Shown: positions 12,202-25,596, counted from the whole stretch's first letter. The stretch is 63,017 nucleotides of DNA, filler included, from Octopus bimaculoides (GCF_001194135.2; 6 parts of 6 records of this genome joined end to end with filler, not necessarily neighbours in it); one strand, 5' to 3'. Notes: generated by a model from the sequence alone, not told the origin. A program made the numbers and translations.

Positions 12202-12890
12202 CGAACGTGAACACATCTGAACCCATTATATGTTAGTTTATTAATTAGTTTATGCTTAGAAAATAGAATAAAAAATAACTCAAGATTGCACAAGTTGCAA
12301 TACCTCCTACCCTTATCGTATGGGAGATCTCTCCCTATAACAGACCATTCTAACGAAAAGTTCTTATTTTGTTCTTTTAACCCCCAAATAAACTTACTAA
12401 GACTACTACTAGTTATTTTACTCCTATCTCTAAACGTATTAAAGTGACAAGAAATTCTCCTACAAATCTTGTCCGAAGAACAACCCACATAAACACTAAC
12501 ATCTGTATCACTCTTAACCTTACACTGATACACTATATTCCTTAATCTCACGTTCGAACCCTCACACTTTATCCGCATGGGATTAATCTCGGTTACCTCA
12601 ATTTTAGAACCTATAATATTATTACCTAAGTGAGGGTCCTCATCCCTATTCGTTCCATACATGCCTGTGTTAAGAACTTTAGAATTATGTGCTGCAATAA
12701 TCTGCTCTATGTTCTTAGTATTGGAAAAACCAAACCTAACACTATGCGTATTAATAAATTTACCGTAACGCGAATTTGTAGGGAAATGCTTACTAATTAC
12801 CTCCCTAAACTGAGCTACCAAATTCGACTTTACATTTTTACCAAATGGTAAAATAAACCAAAGATAACCAACATTAATATTATTAAAGCC
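12202..12890 (-). mobile_element. Penelope-like element C-terminal region with GIY-YIG endonuclease (Naiad-type), open frame of about 230 codons
   Basis: LWFILPFGKNVKSNL ... KHFP ... N--SV--GFS---N---II--HN-KVL ... IVYQCKV ... YVG ... RR---H-NTF ... SSLSKFIWGLK ... LEWS-I ... CNLCNLE ... LIN ... RCVH follows the Naiad-type thumb-linker-EN pattern as I recall it. No stop between about 12890 and the gap. Confidence 0.8.
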
Positions 12891-12974
12891 TTTATTGATT
12901 TATTTATATATATATAATGGACTCTCCCGTCGAAGACGACGTGTAAGTGCACAAGAATACCAATAATGATTTCA

Positions 12975-13170
12975 AATGTTGGCACAAGGACAGAAACCTG
13001 TGAGCAGGGTATAAGAGGATTACATCGACTTCCAGTGCTCGTCTAGTACTTGTTTTATTGATCCTGAAAGGATGAAAGGCAAAGTTAACCTTGGCAGAAT
13101 TAATATACAGAACATAAAGACGGACAAAATACCGCAGAGCATTCTGCCAGCTCGCAGCCTTATCAAGAAT
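12975..13170 (-). mobile_element. SINE family B
   Basis: Shares gatcctgaaaggatgaaaggcaaagt-acct-ggc with 20101, 20576 and 59580. Confidence 0.8.
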
Positions 13171-13184
13171 ACTAGTAATAAACC

Positions 13185-13231
13185 ATGAGAATACATACAT
13201 AAGGCAAAACATACAAATCTGCACACATACA

Positions 13232-13265
<34 letters not shown>

Positions 13266-13385
13266 CATACAAAATACCTTGTTGCTAATGTTGAAATTCC
13301 AATGAAGGAGCCTTGAATCTCGGTTAGAACCCGGCTCATTCTTTATTGGCAAGAAATCTTGAAATAACACTGAACAATGATATAC
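13185..13385 (+). mobile_element. 3' UTR-only copy of RLE family 2
   Basis: catgagaatacatacataa-gcaaaacatacaaatctgcac-(cata)n ... gttgaaattccaatgaaggagccttg ... ggcaagaaatcttgaaata matches 45478-45655 and the reverse complement of 36545-36730. Confidence 0.85.
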
Positions 13386-15452
13386 ATATGTATATCTGTA
13401 TTCAGTTATTAACAGTTATGCATACAAATATATACACTTATACGCATATACACGGGTATATGCGCAATATATACATATGTAAATAAGCACGCCTTCACAA
13501 GAGCTAATAATTATACGCTACAACAAAACTTGTAAATAACTTCACTCACTCCAATACACTTAGAAACTAAACAACATCCATTCAGTGCTTCTGACTCACT
13601 GTTCAACTATATTATGTCTCTTATTTATCACCAATTGCAAAGGTCTTCATATATTGCATGGTTTATATACTTATCACCGTGTAACTAACAGCAACCTTCC
13701 GTATCTATCAATATCTTTAACATTATGGTCGCTGCTGGTGTTGCTCCAGCATGGCCATAGTTATATAGCCGGAACCAATTAAAGAGGAAACAATCTTATC
13801 TCACTTCATCCATTTCCAACATTTAATTACAATAATACATCCAATCAACCAGGTTACCTACTAACAGGATATACTTTAAAAATATAAACGCCGCAACATA
13901 AATACTGTTCTATAGCCATTCAAGTCACAAATTTAGTAATAAAGTTGTCTGTTATTGTGTTGTTTCTGTTGTATTCCGACATATATTACATTAAACTAAA
14001 GCAATTTTTCTTTTCCAATCAAGATTTTGTAGTTTGAAGTTTCATGTGTTTTTCCCTCTTTGTTACTTCTTCTTTTGACAATTTAATATATATAAAAAAA
14101 GAAATTGATTTACTTCGCTCTGTTTGTGAATAAAAGGTTAACGTGTCATAACTATGTATGTGTTGGAGGAGGCATCGTCACACTTTCTTTTCAAATGTTC
14201 TTTACATTTGTATATCGGTATATCGATTATAAAAGGAGAAAGAAGAGCGAGCTGGGGAGTGAGAGGCACAATGATTGAAAACAGAGGAAGTGTTTACACC
14301 ACACAAACACTATTTAATATTTACAGACAATAAATTTTCCTTTTTCTTACATTACTCTAAGTCTCGTTTATTGTTTGAACAAAGTAAACAAAACGGATGC
14401 AGATAAATAAGTAAAAAATACATTTCCCTCAAGTAAGATGTTTTTTTGCTTTGTACTATATTTTCAATCGGGATTTTCATATTAATCATATGTTTAAATA
14501 ATGTATGTGTTTACATTAATGCCTTTCTATTCAAAATCTCTGAATACATCAGAAAAAGTAACTGACGTCCACTGTTTTAATATATTTATATTATATCATT
14601 TTGTTTTATAATGGCAGGTAACTTTAGACAAACGAATGAAGTTTGAGTTCCTAGCAGCCAGGTCTTTTATTGATTGAAACACAATACCAGTTTCTCTTTT
14701 TAACTGAACTACGTTTGATACACACACTTTCGTGTCTGCTAGAGCTGTTTCTAAGCAATATTTTTTTAACTGTTTCCGGTCCTCCACTTTTTCGTTTTCA
14801 ACGGAATGCTGATGGATATCCACTGCATATTCATTTCTTGTTCTTTGTAATTTTATTGAATCAGATAAGGGTTCTGAAATTAATATTTCTGCATTTACTT
14901 TCTTTTGTGTACGAAATATTTTTTTTTAAATTCTAATAGAACGGAAATTTTAATAATCAGTATAGATGCAAGAAATTATGTAGAGAGAGTATTAAATCTC
15001 CTATCACAGATCGATTCTCGGTTAAATCACTTCAGTTTAGTACCATCCATAATTGCTTTTTCTAATCATCGTTAATATCGTACAGAAGCCTTCCAAATAC
15101 TGCCCAGACAAAACCTGAAAGGCTGAAGCACAGATCTGCAAAGATTTATCGAATGCTCTATTCCTATATAAGTTAGTTTATGTTTCATTCCAATTTATTG
15201 CTTCCAGCCTGCCTCATGGTGTATTTTAACAACAAGAATAATCGTAATAAACAGTCCTTCATAAGTAAAGAAAAAAAGTGGGATGCTTAAAGGCAGTAGA
15301 AATAAAAATGTCCAGTGCGAAGCAAAAAAGTGTGCGAAGGGTGGGCAACCTAGTGAGAATGCTATTCTATAGAGCGGTGAGAAGAAAGAACGGCTGGATG
15401 TTTGGATACAAGCACGAGAGTGTATTCGAAGCGAGCATAAGTGAAAGTGGTG

Positions 15453-15507
<55 letters not shown>

Positions 15508-15810
15508 GGGGGGGGGTATAAATTTATATACATATATTTATATGTGTGTATAGAGATACATACATACATATAGGGGGAGATATCTCGAAGCATACACATC
15601 ATGCTATAAATAATAATATGCAATTATTGGGTTGAAAACATTTTAGGATAGGAAAAGTGGAAAACGCCTATTATTTACAGATTTGTCTGTGCCTTGAGAC
15701 TTTCCCGGAATGAATTATTCCAGCTACTCTCAAAAGTTCATACAATTCTTATGTCGATATGATGTATGTATGTGTGTATTTATATATGTATGTATGTGTG
15801 CATATGTATG

Positions 15811-16196
15811 TCTTTTATTCTTTTACATGTTTCCGTGATTAGACTGCGGTCATGCTGGGGTATCACCTTGAAGAACTTTTAGTCGACTGGATCGACCCCA
15901 GAACTTTTTATAAGCCTGGTATTCATTCTATTGGGCACTTTTTTCCGAACCACTAAGTTACGTAGATAGAAGGAAACCAACACCGGTTGCCAAGCGGTGC
16001 TGGGAGACAAACCCAGACAGAAACACACGCACATATACTCGCCGGACTTCCTTCTGTTTCCGTATACCAAATTCACTCACAAGGCTCTGATCGGCCCGAG
16101 GCTATAGTAATAGACACTTGCCCATGGAGCCACGCAGTGAGACTCAGCCCTGAGTCATGTGGTGGGGAAGCAAATTGTAACCACACAACCACGCCT
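15811..16196 (-). mobile_element. SINE family A
   Basis: Homologous to 4691-5072 along its length. Confidence 0.85.
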
Positions 16197-16254
16197 GTGC
16201 ATATTTGTATTTGTTTGTTCGTATGTATTTTAAACGGCTCCTCCTTGCATATAT

Positions 16255-16350
16255 TTACGAAATACTTAGCTCAGACTTCAGATGCCAAGCATTATCTATC
16301 CGACTTTGATAAGTTGATAAAATAAATACCAGTTACATACTGTGGTCTGT
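16255..16350 (+). mobile_element. SINE family B fragment
   Basis: ccgactttg ... gataaaataaataccagttacatactg resembles the family B body. Confidence 0.45.
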
Positions 16351-19300
16351 TCATTTCCCTGTAGACTTTCTTGTGAGATGTGTCACTTTGTTACAATGAC
16401 TGATTGTGTAACTGCGTGATTTTAAGTGTGTAAACATATATGTATATATTTTTTTATTTGTGTGTCTCTTCTTGCCAGACCTTTTGTTATAATCCCAATT
16501 CAACGAATTATTAAACAGATTTCTATCTCGTTCTACAATATTTATAGGAATCTCATGCCTGGGTTAATCTCCAAGAGAATTAGATCATATTGATAGTATA
16601 CTAGCATTGTCTGAGCAAATATCTAATATACAGGAATGGACTTAGACGAACAATTCAATATAATTCCATTCTAGTTAATCACATCAATATGCTGGTATGG
16701 ATTGGTATATCATCACCAGCATTTTATGACCAAAAGCTTCTGTAATTCTTAAAGCTATCAGCATTAAATTCTTTTAAAATATTGATTGAGCAAACTCTAC
16801 AGCAGCATGGAGAATTACATTCGAACATTCCGAATTACTAGGATTTGCAGAATAATCATAAAATTTATGAGTAAATACAAATATTTGGAAATATTATCAT
16901 AGAGTTAAAGTAAAGAGGTGGGGATGAGGAAATAGTTGTAAAGAGGGAAAGACGAGAATTATTCGAGGTTCCATTTGAAATGTTTTATGTTTCGTCCAAC
17001 ATAAATACCAATATTATATTTGTAAACCAGTTGATGCAGAATATCTTTTGAAGATATTTCACTAATTCCTGACGAGATTATATAATATTTTTAAATGTAA
17101 TTCTTTGAATATAATTACAAAGACATGATGCGTTTAAGAGAGGTCCGTGTCAGTCTTATTCAATAAAGCGAAAATCTAAGGTTCATAGCAGATCTTTAAA
17201 GAAGGGGAAAATTCTTCTGAAGTTCTGCTAGACAATATTATTTCTCGCGGCACACTCACACGTATGATATGATACAAGCAGAAAAACTCTGAGTCGCTCC
17301 TCAACCAATTCTATCCCCGAGAAATAGTTGGGAGAAAAGTTACTTTCGTTTCTAAGCAAGGAATTTATTTGTTGTTATATCAATCAAAGTAATAGATTTT
17401 GAAGATTACTGCATATTTTACATATAGTAGAGATTCAATATTTCTGCTTATTCGTTACACATTATTCAGAACCCCAAATAAATTGCGAGTAGCAGGAGAA
17501 CCCTCCGGATGAATGAATGTCTTGATTAGACGAAAGAAGGTGAAACTTTCGAGGTTAAAGTGCCTGTATGTCTGGTCACTCTGTGCGTGTGTGTATGTGT
17601 GTGTGTGTGTGTGTGCGTGTGCTTGTGCGTAAGCGCGCGTGTGTGTGTGTGTACATATGTAACGTATGCGAAAGTGATTTTTTAAAAATATTGTAACCAC
17701 CAGTCTTTTTTCCGGCACGTGAATGATGAGAAGAAATTTAGGAAGTTAGATACCATTATCAGGCACCTAAAAGCCAACTGCATACTTCACATCATCACAT
17801 GGAACATTGTGGAGATCCATTCCATGCGTTAATGGATCAATATGACGTAAGCTTTGTTTAGATCTAAGAACACTGCTAATCTACTAAATTCCAGATCTGA
17901 ATTATCTATCAAATGTATGCATCTTGACAGAGTGCTTTTATGAAACTAGAAAGGACCACCCTCTTCGGATTAACCATGCAGTGTTACAAACTTTGTCTAT
18001 TTCACTGTTGAATTAAGTTACATCAACCAGTTTAATTCTGATTTAAACGGGTCAAAGTGACGCACCTCTTAATTTTCTTTCTTCTCCTTCCTCTTTTGAA
18101 TTTGCTTTCTTTTCGTTGTATACTTCAGTCTGAAAAATTGCTTGGAAACATATCGTACACTAGACAAGTTTTCCCGACAATTGTGCTTTCACAGCATGAA
18201 ACTAATAATAACTCGAAATTAAATCTTGTATACATTAAATGGTATGTATGTATGTATGCATGTATGTATGTATGTATGTATGTATGTATGCATGCATGTA
18301 TGTATGTATGTATGTGTGTATGTTTGATGTCTATATGAATGTACGCGTATGTATATATATGCATGTATGTGTATGTATGAATGTATCAAATGAATACTTA
18401 ACACAATATATAAACATAATTCTATGCAAAACAAAAACGTAAAGCCTTTCATGTATTAGAAGTTCTTGTAACTAACTCACTGCCAACACCCTTCATCTAG
18501 AGATGAGAAATTTTAATCCGAATCCTTGCCAATGCTAGTTTTTATGAGTGATTATATTCAGCTGAAGTCTCAACACTGATTATTTCATTCAAACGTGTTT
18601 TTCGGTGACAGTATCTATTATATGCGATAACTGTTATAATAGGGAGGTTTAAAATCTGCAGTGACGCTGAAAAAGATTAAACTCACATAAAATAGGATTT
18701 TCAGTTCGTATAGTTATTCATTTTAGTTGGTAATTACGAGATCTTTCCAACATCTCTAACCTTGAAACGGCGAAGGGCTTTTTCACCCTTCCTGAACAGG
18801 AATTAATGTTTATATGCAGCAGCAATTACGAATGCTTTTAAATCAATACTAGGTTGAAAAGGCTGAACCTATTGTCAATAAGTTTTCCCATAAGGATGTT
18901 TTAGACGCAGTTTATTCTAGGGAGGCTGCACTTGTAAGAGTTAAATAGGCAGCCATTATCACAACGAAAGGAATAAAACAATTAATAAAAAATATTTACT
19001 TCCTCATTATTTGTCGCTTTATTCCACTATCTGTCTGTCTGCCNNNNNNNNNNNNNNNNNNNNNNNNNNNNNNNNNNNNNNNNNNNNNNNNNNNNNNNNN
19101 NNNNNNNNNNNNNNNNNNNNNNNNNNNNNNNNNNNNNNNNNNNNNNNNNNNNNNNNNNNNNNNNNNNNNNNNNNNNNNNNNNNNNNNNNNNNNNNNNNNN
19201 NNNNNNNNNNNNNNNNNNNNNNNNNNNNNNNNNNNNNNNNNNNNNNNNNNNNNNNNNNNNNNNNNNNNNNNNNNNNNNNNNNNNNNNNNNNNNNNNNNNN

Positions 19301-20100
19301 NNNNNNNNNNNNNNNNNNNNNNNNNNNNNNNNNNNNNNNNNNNNNNNNNNNNNNNNNNNNNNNNNNNNNNNNNNNNNNNNNNNNNNNNNNNNNNNNNNNN
19401 NNNNNNNNNNNNNNNNNNNNNNNNNNNNNNNNNNNNNNNNNNNNNNNNNNNNNNNNNNNNNNNNNNNNNNNNNNNNNNNNNNNNNNNNNNNNNNNNNNNN
19501 NNNNNNNNNNNNNNNNNNNNNNNNNNNNNNNNNNNNNNNNNNNNNNNNNNNNNNNNNNNNNNNNNNNNNNNNNNNNNNNNNNNNNNNNNNNNNNNNNNNN
19601 NNNNNNNNNNNNNNATATATATATATATATATATATATATACACTCATTACATTGAAAGATAAAGGATTTGTAAGAAGAATTATGCATTTTCTATTATCT
19701 TATTTGATAAAAGTTATATGGAATACCAGGTTTACCTCGGTATTCTTAAGGTGCCTGCAATATTGTCTTTTGAAGCAAATATTGGGAATTCCATTGGTAT
19801 GTGACACTAGTTTTATATGAATATGGGATTTGCTTCCGTGTTTCTAATGCTTTAATTTGTTCCGTTTGTTGTGTGTAACGTATGTAAAGTGAGTTGTGTT
19901 ATTATGTCTGTCTTTTGTATATCCTAAGTGATTTTCTGTAACGATGTATACAGTCGGACGGCGAGTGTATAGTGTATGTGCGTTTAAGAGTGACGATTTT
20001 GTAGCGTGTGAGTTATTGTTGTTACTATCTTAAATATCGAAGTATCACCATGTGTTATTTCATTGAGTATTGGCTGAGTATATCATGCTGCGTATATGCT

Positions 20101-20310
20101 TTTCTACTCTAGGTACAAGGCCCTAAATTTTGAGTGAGGAGATTAGTCGATCAGATCTACTTCAGTACGCAACTGGTACTTAATTTATCGACCCCGAAAG
20201 GATGAAAGGCAAAGTCGACCTCGGTGGAATCTGAACTCAGAACGTAAAGGCAGAAATACTGCTAAACATTTCGCTCGACGTGCTAACATTTCTGCCAGCT
20301 CGCCGCCTTA
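20101..20310 (-). mobile_element. SINE family B
   Basis: atcgaccccgaaaggatgaaaggcaaagtcgacctcgg ... gaactcagaacgt ... ctgccagctcgccgcc; the reverse complement has the B-box-like gagttcagattcc. Confidence 0.85.
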
Positions 20311-20575
20311 TATGCAGTGTATATTGTCCGGTTGTAACTACTAGGAGTTAATGCTATGTGGTTTGGCCTTTTCATTGAGTGGTAAATATATGGTGAGTAT
20401 TGTATTCAGTGAGTCAAATGTCTTAGTTGAGTTATTGAACTGGAATTCTTTTACATAAGCTATGAACAACGTCCAGCTGAGTTTTATTTTGCTCTTTACA
20501 AAATTGTAACCTCTGCTATTATATAAAAACATTTGGTCATGTATCTTTGTATAAAACTTAGAAGTTACTGATTTA

Positions 20576-20770
20576 AGGGCAGCGAGCTAACAGAATCGTT
20601 AGCACTGCGGGCAAAATAATTAGCGGCATTTCGTCCGTCTTTATGTTCTGAGTTCAAATCCCCACCCCACCGGGTCGATAAAACAAGTACTAGTTAATCA
20701 CTAAGGTCGATATAATTGATCCTAGCCCTCTACCCGAAATTGCTGGCTTTGACCCAAAATTTAAAACGAT
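20576..20770 (+). mobile_element. SINE family B (internally deleted)
   Basis: aagggcagcgagctaacagaatcgttagcac ... gttctgagttcaaatc ... gggtcgataaaacaagtac. Confidence 0.8.
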
Positions 20771-20789
20771 TATTGTTAGTGGTTTTTAT

Positions 20790-21084
20790 TCTTTCCTGCC
20801 AGTCTCCGGCCATGCTTTCTTTAATTGCAAAGCCTTTCTTTGATATCTTCTCCACCTCCTTCAGTTCGTCCTTTTGGAAGGTAGGGGGGCATTTACAGAC
20901 GTTCTAGTTCCCCATATTTATACCTAAACACTTTTACTTCATGTCCACAGTAGTCTCTACTGTCATGTCCTAGATTACGGTGTCCAGGCCAAAGTCATAC
21001 ACTGCCAGATTAAAACAATTCTTATGCGATTTTATGTCAGAATCATTGGCTACCGGCCATAGCTGCTAATTCAATAAAATCTGA
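20790..21084 (-). pseudogene. Highly degraded R4/Dong-like RT fragment
   Basis: Minus strand gives D-DIK ... DFGLD ... RYKY-ELE ... ELKEVEKISKK, echoing DDLKL ... FGLDKC ... YKYLG ... EL--LDRKTRK. The 5' side abuts (AAT/AAC)n. Confidence 0.45.
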
Positions 21085-21108
21085 TAATTTATTCCGTTGT
21101 TGTTGTTG

Positions 21109-21169
<61 letters not shown>

Positions 21170-21210
21170 CATCATTATTATAAACGTTGTTGATGTTGCT
21201 GTTGTTGTAA
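21085..21210. repeat. (GTT)n(ATT)n microsatellite
   Basis: Directly visible. Confidence 0.95.
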
Positions 21211-21423
21211 TCAAGTGCAATTACTGGAGATTCTGGAAACAATAAATCATAGAATATATCAGCTCAGATGCTTTCTGTCTAACGCCATATTGCAAACGTG
21301 CTTTTGGAAATAAAAAAAAATGAAATAGTTTATATCGAAAAGGGCGCATCAATTATATGTAACTCACAACATACACGCACATACATACATACGCATATAT
21401 ATAAACATACATACAGATATACA

Positions 21424-21460
<37 letters not shown>

Positions 21461-22319
21461 ATGTGTGTGTACGATGCCCTTCAACACCAAGGACACCAAC
21501 GTGAAACATGTCTGCGAGAGAACACATACAGCCATCTTTTCTTACCAACAAGCACACGCACAATATACATACATACATGTGTATATATATATATATATAT
21601 ATATNNNNNNNNNNNNNNNNNNNNNNNNNNNNNNNNNNNNNNNNNNNNNNNNNNNNNNNNNNNNNNNNNNNNNNNNNNNNNNNNNNNNNNNNNNNNNNNN
21701 NNNNNNNNNNNNNNNNNNNNNNNNNNNNNNNNNNNNNNNNNNNNNNNNNNNNNNNNNNNNNNNNNNNNNNNNNNNNNNNNNNNNNNNNNNNNNNNNNNNN
21801 NNNNNNNNNNNNNNNNNNNNNNNNNNNNNNNNNNNNNNNNNNNNNNNNNNNNNNNNNNNNNNNNNNNNNNNNNNNNNNNNNNNNNNNNNNNNNNNNNNNN
21901 NNNNNNNNNNNNNNNNNNNNNNNNNNNNNNNNNNNNNNNNNNNNNNNNNNNNNNNNNNNNNNNNNNNNNNNNNNNNNNNNNNNNNNNNNNNNNNNNNNNN
22001 NNNNNNNNNNNNNNNNNNNNNNNNNNNNNNNNNNNNNNNNNNNNNNNNNNNNNNNNNNNNNNNNNNNNNNNNNNNNNNNNNNNNNNNNNNNNNNNNNNNN
22101 NNNNNNNNNNNNNNNNNNNNNNNNNNNNNNNNNNNNNNNNNNNNNNNNNNNNNNNNNNNNNNNNNTATATATATATATATATATATATGCATGTATGTAT
22201 GTATACATGGATGTATGCATGTACGTATATTACTCAGGCTGAAAAGAGCCGCGACATATACTTGTCAGCTTATGAAGCTTTTAAACATTCAGCTACCTCG
22301 TCGCTTACATGATGATACT

Positions 22320-22327
22320 AATAATAA

Positions 22328-22387
<60 letters not shown>

Positions 22388-22460
22388 ATTATTATTATTA
22401 TTATTATTATTATTGTTGTTGGTGTTGTTGTTATTATTATTGTTTTATTCTTTTATTATA
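22320..22460. repeat. (ATT)n microsatellite
   Basis: Directly visible. Confidence 0.95.
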
Positions 22461-24044
22461 ATTATTCTTCTATTCTTTTACAGCAGATATCTGCGTGTTT
22501 GCATACGTAGATATTAACAAGTGAAGCCATGGTACTTAGGTAATCGTTTTTTATTTCGTATATTTTCATTTGTCTTGCTCATTTTTACATTTTGGCATTT
22601 TGCTGAGATTTTTCTTGAGAACCCACTCTTCGTGGTAATGGCAATTTGACGTCGATGTTTAGCATATTAGGTGTCGACTTTAGTGATCATTCCTCTTAAT
22701 TTGGTATGTAACACAATTTTTAATCTTCGCATTTTTAAATATGCTAAGCCACTGGTTTTAATTAATTAATATCAATTTCATCCCTTATTATTTAATTATA
22801 TATATATGTATATANNNNNNNNNNNNNNNNNNNNNNNNNNNNNNNNNNNNNNNNNNNNNNNNNNNNNNNNNNNNNNNNNNNNNNNNNNNNNNNNNNNNNN
22901 NNNNNNNNNNNNNNNNNNNNNNNNNNNNNNNNNNNNNNNNNNNNNNNNNNNNNNNNNNNNNNNNNNNNNNNNNNNNNNNNNNNNNNNNNNNNNNNNNNNN
23001 NNNNNNNNNNNNNNNNNNNNNNNNNNNNNNNNNNNNNNNNNNNNNNNNNNNNNNNNNNNNNNNNNNNNNNNNNNNNNNNNNNNNNNNNNNNNNNNNNNNN
23101 NNNNNNNNNNNNNNNNNNNNNNNNNNNNNNNNNNNNNNNNNNNNNNNNNNNNNNNNNNNNNNNNNNNNNNNNNNNNNNNNNNNNNNNNNNNNNNNNNNNN
23201 NNNNNNNNNNNNNNNNNNNNNNNNNNNNNNNNNNNNNNNNNNNNNNNNNNNNNNNNNNNNNNNNNNNNNNNNNNNNNNNNNNNNNNNNNNNNNNNNNNNN
23301 NNNNNNNNNNNNNNNNNNNNNNNNNNNNNNNNNNNNNNNNNNNNNNNNNNNNNNNNNNNNNNNNNNNNNNNNNNNNNNNNNNNNNNNNNNNNNNNNNNNN
23401 NNNNNNNNNNNNNNNNNNNNNNNNNNNNNNNNNNNNNNNNNNNNNNNNNNNNNNNNNNNNNNNNNNNNNNNNNNNNNNNNNNNNNNNNNNNNNNNNNNNN
23501 NNNNNNNNNNNNNNNNNNNNNNNNNNNNNNNNNNNNNNNNNNNNNNNNNNNNNNNNNNNNNNNNNNNNNNNNNNNNNNNNNNNNNNNNNNNNNNNNNNNN
23601 NNNNNNNNNNNNNNNNNNNNNNNNNNNNNNNNNNNNNNNNNNNNNNNNNNNNNNNNNNNNNNNNNNNNNNNNNNNNNNNNNNATCTACCCGCTAAAAAGA
23701 GTAGCAAAAAACTCTATACCACAAAAATAGGGATAATTTCGAAAGAGAATGAAAAATAAAAAACTTTTACCAGTCTATACTCTGTACCATGGTCTCAAGC
23801 TATTTAGCTAGATAAAATTATATCTAACTCCGGGGCTTTCGTCAGCAGAGATCCGGATTAGCGTGTAAACACGAGTCAAGGAAATAACCTGACTCGAGTT
23901 TACATGTTTAATTTCCCAAAAATTAACCACGCATGTGCGCATTAACTAATCGGCAGTAAATGTAAAACAAATGCCGATTTTCTTTCAGAAATTAGCCCAA
24001 AAATATATCATTATTAATAATGATTAATAATGATATATATATAT

Positions 24045-24178
24045 ACGACGGACTTCTTTCACTTTCCGTCTACCAAAATCACTCACAAGGCTTTAGTCGG
24101 CCCGAGGCTATAGTACCAGGCACTTGCCCAAGGTGCCACGCAGTGGGACTGAATCCGGAATCATGTGGTTGGTAATCA
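24045..24178 (-). mobile_element. SINE family A head half
   Basis: acgacggacttctttc ... cacttgcccaaggtgccacgcagtgggactgaa ... catgtggttggtaa. Confidence 0.85.
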
Positions 24179-24179
24179 A

Positions 24180-24712
24180 AGAAGTGCATATCATCAAAGT
24201 GAGACTGGGGTACAAATATACGAAACCTAGTATACTCATCATGACTACTCGTCTGATAAAGTTACAGGTTCATGCATCACAACCATATGTGTGCGAGATG
24301 GTGATCTCATATCAAGATAAACATTGCATGACTTTGCAGGTGGTAGGATGCCAGTTCGAATTTTCTTCAGATTGAGTAGCCCATCCCATTCAAGAGGTCC
24401 CTGAATAAGGGTCGATTAATGATTTTCACCGAAACACCTATGTTTCCAGAGGTGAATTATTCAAATTCCAAAGAATTCCTCTCAACACATAGCTATGATG
24501 CTTTCTCCACTACTTCTGCTCATGATCAGAGATGCAAGATTCGTAAACCACCCAGTGAAATGCTCAACAGGATTAAGGTCAAACACCTGGCATGTGGTAT
24601 TAAGCAGAATATTTTCTGTAGCTCATTTTTTATGCCAAGACAAAACATGTACATGATAACACTTCCAATCAGTTAATATCAGAAGCCATGAGAGTCACTG
24701 CATCAGGGCATT
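24180..24712. mobile_element. Family D repeat, copy 2
   Basis: Colinear with 542-1083; the right end runs into (ATT)n at 24712-24785. Confidence 0.85.
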
Positions 24713-24736
24713 TATTATTATCGTTATTATTATTTA

Positions 24737-24777
<41 letters not shown>

Positions 24778-24785
24778 ATTATCAT

Positions 24786-25510
24786 TCAGTAGTTTTATTT
24801 TTATAACGTACTTTCACTTCACTACCGAGCGCAGCTCTGTGCGCCTTGGGTATGTGCTGTGGTTTGCTGTGGTGCTCTTATGTTTACTGTATTGAAAGTG
24901 TTTTGCGTAGAATGTGTGCAGTACCCAGTAGTGCAATTTTCTGTATGTTATATATATTTGTAAGTCCTGGTGTTTTTGTTATGTATTTGTCTGAATATTT
25001 TTTTATTATACCTAAGGCACCTANNNNNNNNNNNNNNNNNNNNNNNNNNNNNNNNNNNNNNNNNNNNNNNNNNNNNNNNNNNNNNNNNNNNNNNNNNNNN
25101 NNNNNNNNNNNNNNNNNNNNNNNNNNNNNNNNNNNNNNNNNNNNNNNNNNNNNNNNNNNNNNNNNNNNNNNNNNNNNNNNNNNNNNNNNNNNNNNNNNNN
25201 NNNNNNNNNNNNNNNNNNNNNNNNNNNNNNNNNNNNNNNNNNNNNNNNNNNNNNNNNNNNNNNNNNNNNNNNNNNNNNNNNNNNNNNNNNNNNNNNNNNN
25301 NNNNNNNNNNNNNNNNNNNNNNNNNNGCGTGTGTTTATACCATCTTTTTTCTGTTGCTATTCCATAATGTTGGCATAGCTTCCAGTGTATATAGGTCCCA
25401 GCTCTGTCGTGTCTGTGAATATATTCCTTCTTAGCCAGGACTGGGCAGCCAGAGATAATATGATTTATTGTTTCTTGTCGATCTCCACATATTCTACAGT
25501 TACTTGTTAC
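24786..25510 (-). mobile_element. 5'-truncated R4/Dong-like element with intact 3' end (CCHC knuckle, RLE C-terminus, ~100-nt 3' UTR); internal gap
   Basis: SNCRICGDRQETINHIISGCPVLAKKEYIHRHDRAGTYIHWKLCQHY (CCHC) and KIALLGTAHILRKTLSIQ* (stop at 24884-24886). (TAA)n on both sides. Confidence 0.9.
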
Positions 25511-25544
<34 letters not shown>

Positions 25545-25596
25545 CATTATTATTATTATCATCATCATCATCATCACCATCATTATCATTATCATT

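Noticed and set aside
14596-14823. 75-aa minus-strand ORF as a host exon
   Set aside because: No recognisable domain and no convincing splice signals.
16480-16900. Possible degraded CR1/L2 RT
   Set aside because: Only one weak motif-like stretch; not enough to call.
17502-17554. Hammerhead-like CGGAUGA...GUC/GAC-GAAA...UUC-GAGG
   Set aside because: It needs U4G, a 6-nt insertion before stem II and a wobbly stem III. Single copy here, too degenerate to support, though a relaxed genome search could revive it.
20341-20532. 63-aa ORF with TKTFDSLN resembling KAFD
   Set aside because: Single weak motif with no flanking support.
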